Position numbers and translations under genes: made by a program. Below, one piece after another: positions 58,801-64,000 of a stretch of 64,000 bases of DNA. Under the pieces are notes generated by a model. The model saw nothing but the letters and a program-made list of their open reading frames with translations, searched no databases and was not told the DNA's origin. Position 1 is the first letter of the stretch; every line of letters begins with the position of its first letter. The stretch lies in contig NZ_JBDGQQ010000055.1 of the NCBI RefSeq assembly GCF_042218895.1, positions 2,738-66,737 of the forward strand, written 5' to 3'. Source of the DNA: Salinibacter sp. (GTDB taxonomy: Bacteria > Bacteroidota > Rhodothermia > Rhodothermales > Salinibacteraceae).

Positions 58801-59345
58801 ACGAGCACGACTAGATTGTCGGGGCTCTGTGCAAGCAGGCGATTCACGAGGCGCAGTGCATCTTGGGTAGCCGTCTCTCCCCCCTGCTGTTCGATCACCT
58901 GCGCGAGCGTGTAGAGGGCCGCTCGATTCGTCGAGTCGAGTTCGACGGCCCGGCGGAGGTGCGAGATGGCCTGTTCGTAATGCCCTCGCTCCCGTTCCAG
59001 CAGCCCGGAGAGCAGTTGCATCCGTTCACTCTCGGGGGCGAGCGTACAGGCCTGTTCGAAGTGCTTCGCGGCGGTCTCCAGTTCGTTCTGCTGGAACGCA
59101 AGCAGGCCCCGGTTGGCCCAGACGGCCGGCTCGCCCGGAGCAAGCTTTGCGGCCGTTTTCAGCTGCTGCTCGGCCCGGTAGTTCTCGCCGACCTGGAGTG
59201 CCGATGCGCCCGTGTAAAACGACGTGACGGCCTTTTTGTACTCCTGCGAACCGGGCGCGGGCACGCGCTCCGACTGGCACCCTCCGAGTCCAATCACTAA
59301 GCTGAAAAACAGGACCAGTACGCCCGTAAATGAAGCGCGTCGCAT
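55869..59345 (-). CDS. Large lipoprotein: TPR repeats, FG-GAP propeller, ASPIC/UnbV and an uncharacterised C-terminal domain
   Basis: LGGC lipobox; TPR-like helices; DLDMDGDLD repeats; VHFGLG..IIWPNG; KGSCPWVY and GWVKDGD..T in the C-terminal region. Confidence 0.88.
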   Translation of the reverse strand: MRRASFTGVLVLFFSLVIGLGGCQSERVPAPGSQEYKKAVTSFYTGASALQVGENYRAEQQLKTAAKLAPGEPAVWANRGLLAFQQNELETAAKHFEQACTLAPESERMQLLSGLLERERGHYEQAISHLRRAVELDSTNRAALYTLAQVIEQQGGETATQDALRLVNRLLAQSPDNLVVLVERARLAAKAGKTAMLRKTLDRLGNRTSSWPDAARSSLQAVRKVAATPPKAAAQIAFLKNDLKRTPAYQADQAAVQPPSLAERASVVIRLFRMTPPDPQPAPADTGLTFTADSLRTTDQWDWIQHVTLAEEVPPDVMMTDGETLRIETGLGRVVTVPFPGGTTSDRPMGHVATPFDMDYDFRVDLAAAGEDGVRIYRQQADSSFQNVSEEAVPAAVRGEAYAGVWPADLDMDGDLDLVLARQSAPPVTLRNNGDGTFATRSFFSEVRALRAFVWSDLDADGTPDAAMLDAGGQLHVYDNKRSGTPRFSPRILPDTLASGRGLSVGDVNRDGAMDLLLLRASGAVSRLTASSTGWETDRLLSGRPLPDDTPVSGTRLLAGDLDNNGGLDLVQATPGAGTIWLSDSTGAYIPHSEPIQHTVFSAADVRGKGRLDLLALSDSGTPLRLTNEGTKNYQSQRIQPRAARTQGDRRINPYGIGGEIELRAGLLYQKRPITEPTVHFGLGRRSGADVARIIWPNGTVQAEFNLVSTQTALARQRLKGSCPWVYTYDGEDMQFETDFLWRTALGLRINAQGKAQVIHSEDRIFIPGEHVGRRNGMYDVRITGELWESHFFDRVELVAVDHPAGTTVRIDERFHLPPPDQDLTPLAPPQPVAQAWDQDGRDVTALVQKNDGRYLDTFELGPFQGRAEEHYVEVRLGDDVPAEGPLWLVADGWVYPTDTSLNLAIGQGDFAPPTGITLEVPDGDGGWKVARSNIGFPAGKSKTMLIDLSEVVGPDGPRRVRLRTNMEIYWDRLAWAPGRPDVKLKTHLLSPDSAHLRDRGFSKVVQTERRLPTVPVYDSIATTTRMWRDLRGYHTRFGPVDELVSKTDDRYVIMNAGDEMVLRFPAPPAPPDGWTRDFVLVGDGWVKDGDFNTGHSRTVRPLPYHGMDDYSTPPGPLEEDPAYQMHPDDWETYHTRYVAPRRFHRALSFDANRSGTP

Positions 59346-59639
59346 CGCTGGCTGAGAAGATTGAACAGGGGATTGCGGCGAGTGCGCACCCTCCGTACCT
59401 ACTGGATATTTTTCTCATAGGTCCGGATGCGCTACCGTGTGTACCCCAGGCGCCAGCGAACTGACACTGAGCAAGGACTGCCCACGGCGACATGGCCACT
59501 GTGCCGTTCCCGATGGGTGTCATTCCTGGTTCGCTTGAGACGGCCAGGGGCGCTTGGTGCGGCGCTCAGAACTGGTCGGCGGCTTGCAGGGGGCTGTGCT
59601 GAATTGAACGGACGGGGGTGGAACCGCGCCGCCCCGATT

Positions 59640-62072
59640 CTAAAATGTTAGGCGGAGACGCGCGTTGAGGGTGCGGGGCGTGAGCCGCTTCGGAACGCGC
59701 GACCAGTCCTTTGTCCAGCTGTAGTCAACCGTGTTGTCCATGTCGAAGAGATTGAGCACCTCGACGGTAAGCTCGAGGTTGACCGGCGCCCCGATCCCGT
59801 CTTCAGTGATCTCGATGCGCTTTGTAGCCCCCACATCCACGCGCCGATACGGCGGGAGACGGCCACTCATTCGGTCTCCGGGCACGCGGATGCGCCCGTC
59901 CGACCCCGGTTCCAGAGGCGTGTAGGGAAGGCCGCTGCCATACAGGAGGCGCATGTGGAGCTTCCACGACTTATCGCCCGGCACGTAGTCCTGCAGAAAC
60001 GCCGAAAAGGTGTGTCGTTGGTCGGCGGGACGGGGGATAAGGCCCTTGGTGTATTCGTCCTGGTACTGTTCTTTGAACCGCGCACGGGACACCAGGAAGC
60101 TGTAGTTGAACCAGCTGTCGAGCCCCGGAACGAGCTCACCTCGCAGTTGCAGATCGAAGCCGTAGGTGTATCCGTTCGCGTCGTTTCTGCCCGAATACTC
60201 GACCCGCACGTCGTCGATGCTATACGAGATAATGTCGTTCAAATCCTTGTAGTAGGCCTGCGCACGGAGGCTGAGGCGCTGCTGCGGGAAGAAGTACTCG
60301 CCCCCCAGCACGTACTGAATCGACTGTTGCGAGTTGATGTCCCGGTTGAGAGCTTCGTCGATCGACTCCTCGTCTTTGGGCTTGCCTCGAAGCTCCCGGT
60401 AGGTCGGCTTCTGGTGGTAGATGCCCCAGGAGCCGGTTAGGGTGAGCCGGTCGTTGGCGGTGAAGCGGGCTGAGAGCCGCGGTGAGACGGTCCACTCCCC
60501 GTTGAACGAGAAGTAGTCCGCCCGCACGCCTCCTGTCACGACGAGCCGATCCTTCGTCGGAAGCACGTCCACCGCATCCTGCAGGTAGAGTCCCGCCTGC
60601 ATTTCGTTAAAGGTGGCCGAGTCTTGGATACTGTGAACCGTAATGCGCCGCTCAGGCGTTTTGATAACATTTTTCTCATCGAGACGATCGCGGAAGTGCA
60701 GGCTCCGCGCATGCCACCCCCCCTCGAGTTCATGACGCCCAAGAATCCACGTGTAGCGGCCCCGGCCGGTTAGCCGCCGAACATTGACGACGTTGTCGGC
60801 CTGATTGATGTGGGTCGATCGCTCAGAGAGCTCTCTTCCCTCCCGGGAGTCGGGATCGCTCCCGGGATCAACCTTGAAGACCTTGGCCTGCCCTGTGATG
60901 TCGAAAGACTCCGTTTCTTGAGTCTCGAAGTAGGCGAGGTCGTGCTCGATCTGCACTCGATCGGAGAGATCGGTGTTGAGGCGCACGCCTCCAAACGTTG
61001 TGGTGAGCCCGTCCTGTCGGGCTCCGTTCAAGTCCTGCCAGAAGGCCTTGAAATCGGAGGGACGTTCGGGATCGAGACTGATGACCCCAAAGTAGGTCTT
61101 CTGCTGCTTTGGATCGAGCTTGAAGGTGTGGTCGGACCAGATGCCAAGGGCCTCGATCGAGACGCGATCGGACATCCGGTAGGTAACAAAGCTCTGCACG
61201 TCCGTGGAACGCGGACTGTAGTCGCCCTTCAGGTCCTGCGTCCCGAAGAAGCGTCCGGGACGGGCGTGTCGCACCCCAAGCGTCCATCCGAGGTCCCCAT
61301 CGAGGGCTGAGGACTGGGCGTGCACGTTGGCATCGAGCGTCGAGACGGAGGCCGAGCCGCTGAGAGGCTGGTTCTTTGGCTGCGCGTACTCCACCCTTAG
61401 GGCCGAGGACAGCTTGCCACCGTACCGCACCGGAAAGCCTCCCGTGTAGAACGTGATGTCCGACGTGAGGGCCGGGTTGATCATGCCGAGTCCTTCCTGC
61501 TCGCCCTGCCGGACCCGAAACGGCATGAACACCTCGAATCCATTGATGAAAACAAGGTTTTCGTTGTACCCCCCTCCGTGCACCGAATACTGCCGCGTAA
61601 GCTCATTATTGGTCGCCACCCCCGGCATGGTCTTGAGGGCACGAAATCCGTCCTTGAAGGGCGTCGGGATGTCCTGCACGTTCTTCGGGTCCACCTTGTA
61701 AACCCCCGGGCGATCCGGCACTTCGGCCCCTGTGACCGTTACCCCCTCCATTTCCAGAACGGTCGAGGAAAGGGCGACGTCGAGCCGGTTCGTCCCCTCC
61801 GTCACGGTCACCGAATCGGTGCGCGACGAAAATCCGACCGCCGAGAAGCGAAGAAGGTACTTCCCAGTGGGAAGCTGGAGGCTGTAGCGGCCGTTGGCTG
61901 CCGTTGCCGTTCCGTAGTCGGTTCCCCGAACCAGAATCGTAACTCCGGACAGGGGCGTGCCATCGGTCGAGTCCGTAACCGTTCCCGTGACTGTGCCCCA
62001 GGTCTGTGCCTGAGCGGTCATGGATCCCAGAAGACAGCACGCCCCAATCAGAAGAACACGGAAGAAGCGCAT
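59640..62072 (-). CDS. TonB-dependent receptor with N-terminal carboxypeptidase-regulatory-like domain
   Basis: Signal peptide; plug motifs PGVATNNEL..YSVHGG..ENLVFING and TGGFPVRYGGKLSS; C-terminal RLRLTF. Start ATG 62072. Confidence 0.9.
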   Translation of the reverse strand: MRFFRVLLIGACCLLGSMTAQAQTWGTVTGTVTDSTDGTPLSGVTILVRGTDYGTATAANGRYSLQLPTGKYLLRFSAVGFSSRTDSVTVTEGTNRLDVALSSTVLEMEGVTVTGAEVPDRPGVYKVDPKNVQDIPTPFKDGFRALKTMPGVATNNELTRQYSVHGGGYNENLVFINGFEVFMPFRVRQGEQEGLGMINPALTSDITFYTGGFPVRYGGKLSSALRVEYAQPKNQPLSGSASVSTLDANVHAQSSALDGDLGWTLGVRHARPGRFFGTQDLKGDYSPRSTDVQSFVTYRMSDRVSIEALGIWSDHTFKLDPKQQKTYFGVISLDPERPSDFKAFWQDLNGARQDGLTTTFGGVRLNTDLSDRVQIEHDLAYFETQETESFDITGQAKVFKVDPGSDPDSREGRELSERSTHINQADNVVNVRRLTGRGRYTWILGRHELEGGWHARSLHFRDRLDEKNVIKTPERRITVHSIQDSATFNEMQAGLYLQDAVDVLPTKDRLVVTGGVRADYFSFNGEWTVSPRLSARFTANDRLTLTGSWGIYHQKPTYRELRGKPKDEESIDEALNRDINSQQSIQYVLGGEYFFPQQRLSLRAQAYYKDLNDIISYSIDDVRVEYSGRNDANGYTYGFDLQLRGELVPGLDSWFNYSFLVSRARFKEQYQDEYTKGLIPRPADQRHTFSAFLQDYVPGDKSWKLHMRLLYGSGLPYTPLEPGSDGRIRVPGDRMSGRLPPYRRVDVGATKRIEITEDGIGAPVNLELTVEVLNLFDMDNTVDYSWTKDWSRVPKRLTPRTLNARLRLTF

Positions 62073-62488
62073 CGTGGACTGACGAGTGCTTTCAGAGTGC
62101 CGGCGACAACCGTATCGGTCGGGCGAAGGGCGTGTGGGAGGCGTTTTCCGACAGAGCAAGAGGAAGATCGCAGCGGTGAGGGCCAATTTTCGATGCCCCA
62201 CCGACGACCCGGTAGCAAGTCGACGATGGATGGTTCGGCCCATCTCCGAAAAAGTTCCCCGACGAATTTATAATCCCATCGACTTCACCGATGCGGACAG
62301 AGGGCAGTAGTGACCGCCGCTGGTGCGCCGCGCGACCCTTTCTCACTGCGCGGCGACGAGAGGGGGACGGGGACCATCGGTGGCAACCGACTGCAGAGAC
62401 GGGGAGGGTGGTCCCGCTCAGGACAATTGAGGAATGCCAGTGCTTAATACCGGACAGAGCGAGATCTGCGTGCGGGCACCGTCGTCCG

Positions 62489-63793
62489 CTACATCATCAG
62501 TACAACCGCGAGGGCCAGACACACAGCGCCGATGGCGAGAATGACCACGTAGAAGAAGAGCAGGATGACGGCCTTGAATGCCGTCTTGATGAGCCCCTGC
62601 TCGTAGACATGGCTCATGGCAAGAATGAGATACAGGAGGGGAGCAACTTCCGCGCAGGTTCCGGCCACGCTAAGCCACGCACCGCCCAGCTGGTCGAGCA
62701 GGATGCCAGTCGCAAAGGCAAAGAACGCGAATGCGTGCACGTGCAGACTGAAAACCAAGTGCTCAGCGTAGAGGCGCCCGCGCCGTACGTACAGGAGCTT
62801 CATCAGTAGCGCAAAGATCGGAAGCATGAGGAACATGAGATAGGGCCCCCGGTCGATCGTTGATTCGGCGAAGCCCCAGGGGTCCTCCACGACTTTCGGG
62901 ATGTTTTGGAACAGCGTCTGCTCCAGGTAGGTGTCGGCGGTTTCCTGACTGAACTCTTTTCTGAGCGAGTCCGCAATCACGCTGCGGCGTCTCTGAGAAC
63001 TGAGAAGCTCCTTTATGCTTAGATGACTCGAATCGTCCCCGGCCTCGTCGGGCCCATGGTTCCGCCCTACCGCCAAGCCTGTGCCTTCAACCGAGTCGGC
63101 CTCGGTCGGCGCGAGGGTCGAATCAGGGGCCAGTGGAGCCGCTGGTGCGTCGCCCACCACCGACGCGGGAGCGACTGTCGCAGTATCGGCTGGGGGGGCT
63201 GGCGCGGATGAGGAGGGGGGGAACAGCAGCCCAAAACCTCCGGTGGTGGTAAGCGTGAGAACCGTGAAGAGCAGAAAGGTTGAGAACAAGTAGAGCCGGA
63301 AGGGCCGGATGTAGCGCTTGCGCCGACCGTTGATGTATTCTTTCGTGAGCCGACCCGGCAGGAAGAGGAATTTGGGCAACGTATGGAGCACCCGCATATC
63401 CAACTCGAAGACGGCCTCGAGCGCCTCGTTGAGCATGTGCCAGATCGGCACGATGCGGTCGGCCGCCTTCTGTCCGCATTGCGAGCAGTAGGGGCCGTGG
63501 AGCAGAGCGCCGCAGTTTTCACATTGATCCTCCAGCGTGCCCTCATCCGAGGCTGCGGCGCTGCCTGCTCCTGAAGAGGGACGCGCAGACGACGCGCTGG
63601 TCGCGGTCTGTCCCGTGGCCCCCGACCCAGACTCGACCTCTTCGTCAAGGTCGGCGAGGGCCTCGACCTGAGCCAGGGCGTCCTCGGCGGCTGCACGCGC
63701 CTCATCTGGATCCGAAGCCGCTCGTCCGGACAGATCCCCGTCGCCGGACTTCTCCGGGTCGTCGGGGCCAGATCCAGGCGGCGGAGCGCTCAT
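62489..63793 (-). CDS. DUF3667-like membrane protein with zinc ribbon
   Basis: CENCG..GPYCSQCGQ, PGRLTKEYINGRRKRYIRPFRLYL, YAEHLVFSLH, C-terminal TMs. Confidence 0.85.
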   Translation of the reverse strand: MSAPPPGSGPDDPEKSGDGDLSGRAASDPDEARAAAEDALAQVEALADLDEEVESGSGATGQTATSASSARPSSGAGSAAASDEGTLEDQCENCGALLHGPYCSQCGQKAADRIVPIWHMLNEALEAVFELDMRVLHTLPKFLFLPGRLTKEYINGRRKRYIRPFRLYLFSTFLLFTVLTLTTTGGFGLLFPPSSSAPAPPADTATVAPASVVGDAPAAPLAPDSTLAPTEADSVEGTGLAVGRNHGPDEAGDDSSHLSIKELLSSQRRRSVIADSLRKEFSQETADTYLEQTLFQNIPKVVEDPWGFAESTIDRGPYLMFLMLPIFALLMKLLYVRRGRLYAEHLVFSLHVHAFAFFAFATGILLDQLGGAWLSVAGTCAEVAPLLYLILAMSHVYEQGLIKTAFKAVILLFFYVVILAIGAVCLALAVVLMM

Positions 63794-64000
63794 GGGCAGA
63801 ACCGGGCGAGCAGTGAGCGTGACGTTGAGGATCCGTTATAATCCACGTACGGCGCCGCTGAATGTTACGCCCGTGTGGCACATGGTGTGCAGTGCCCGGC
63901 GAGGCTACGACCGGACGAAGTTCCCAATCCGAAACACGCAACACTCAGTACGCCTGCGCAAAGAGGACGCGGCCTTCGGAGGGCTCCCCCGTGAGCATGT

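Noticed and set aside
34582-59345. Recurring GAC-rich DNA motifs suggesting a repeat array or CRISPR
   Set aside because: They are degenerate coding FG-GAP (DxDxDG) repeats, with no identical repeats or regular spacers.
53231-59345. Enediyne biosynthetic cluster or Rnf/Nqr complex
   Set aside because: No PKS, thioesterase, UnbL or other rnf/nqr subunits in the window.
59470-59520. ACTGCCC/GCCACTG resembling cobalamin riboswitch pieces near a TonB receptor
   Set aside because: Wrong strand and position (downstream of the receptor), and the other conserved boxes are absent.

Overview
High-GC window that looks like Salinibacter/Rhodothermota, judged from acidic proteins, SusC/SusD, and APC-USP and CPA1-RCK transporters (inference). 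About 38 intact CDSs and 2 pseudogenes; no rRNA, tRNA, CRISPR array or transposase was seen. Left part (1-24.9 kb): GH97 alpha-glucosidase, a LOG-family protein, glutamate dehydrogenase, an ion/amino-acid transport cluster (two paralogous CPA1 antiporters, an APC-EIIA-TrkA_C fusion, aroE, SulP, APC-USP), an ABC ATPase with a membrane partner, and an ECF sigma/anti-sigma pair. Right part (25-59.3 kb): a PUL-like locus with no recognisable glycoside hydrolase. It combines a 3-keto-glycoside (oxidation/elimination) gene set, SusC/SusD, a LacI regulator with candidate operators, five FG-GAP/ASPIC-UnbV beta-propeller proteins, an UnbU/RnfD-like membrane protein, an EEP protein with substituted catalytic residues and an FGE-fold lipoprotein lacking the catalytic Cys pair. 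A decayed GMC paralog and an MNT-HEPN module with a broken toxin lie inside it. A TonB-dependent receptor and a DUF3667-like protein close the window. All family calls come from motif recognition by eye; no searches were run.
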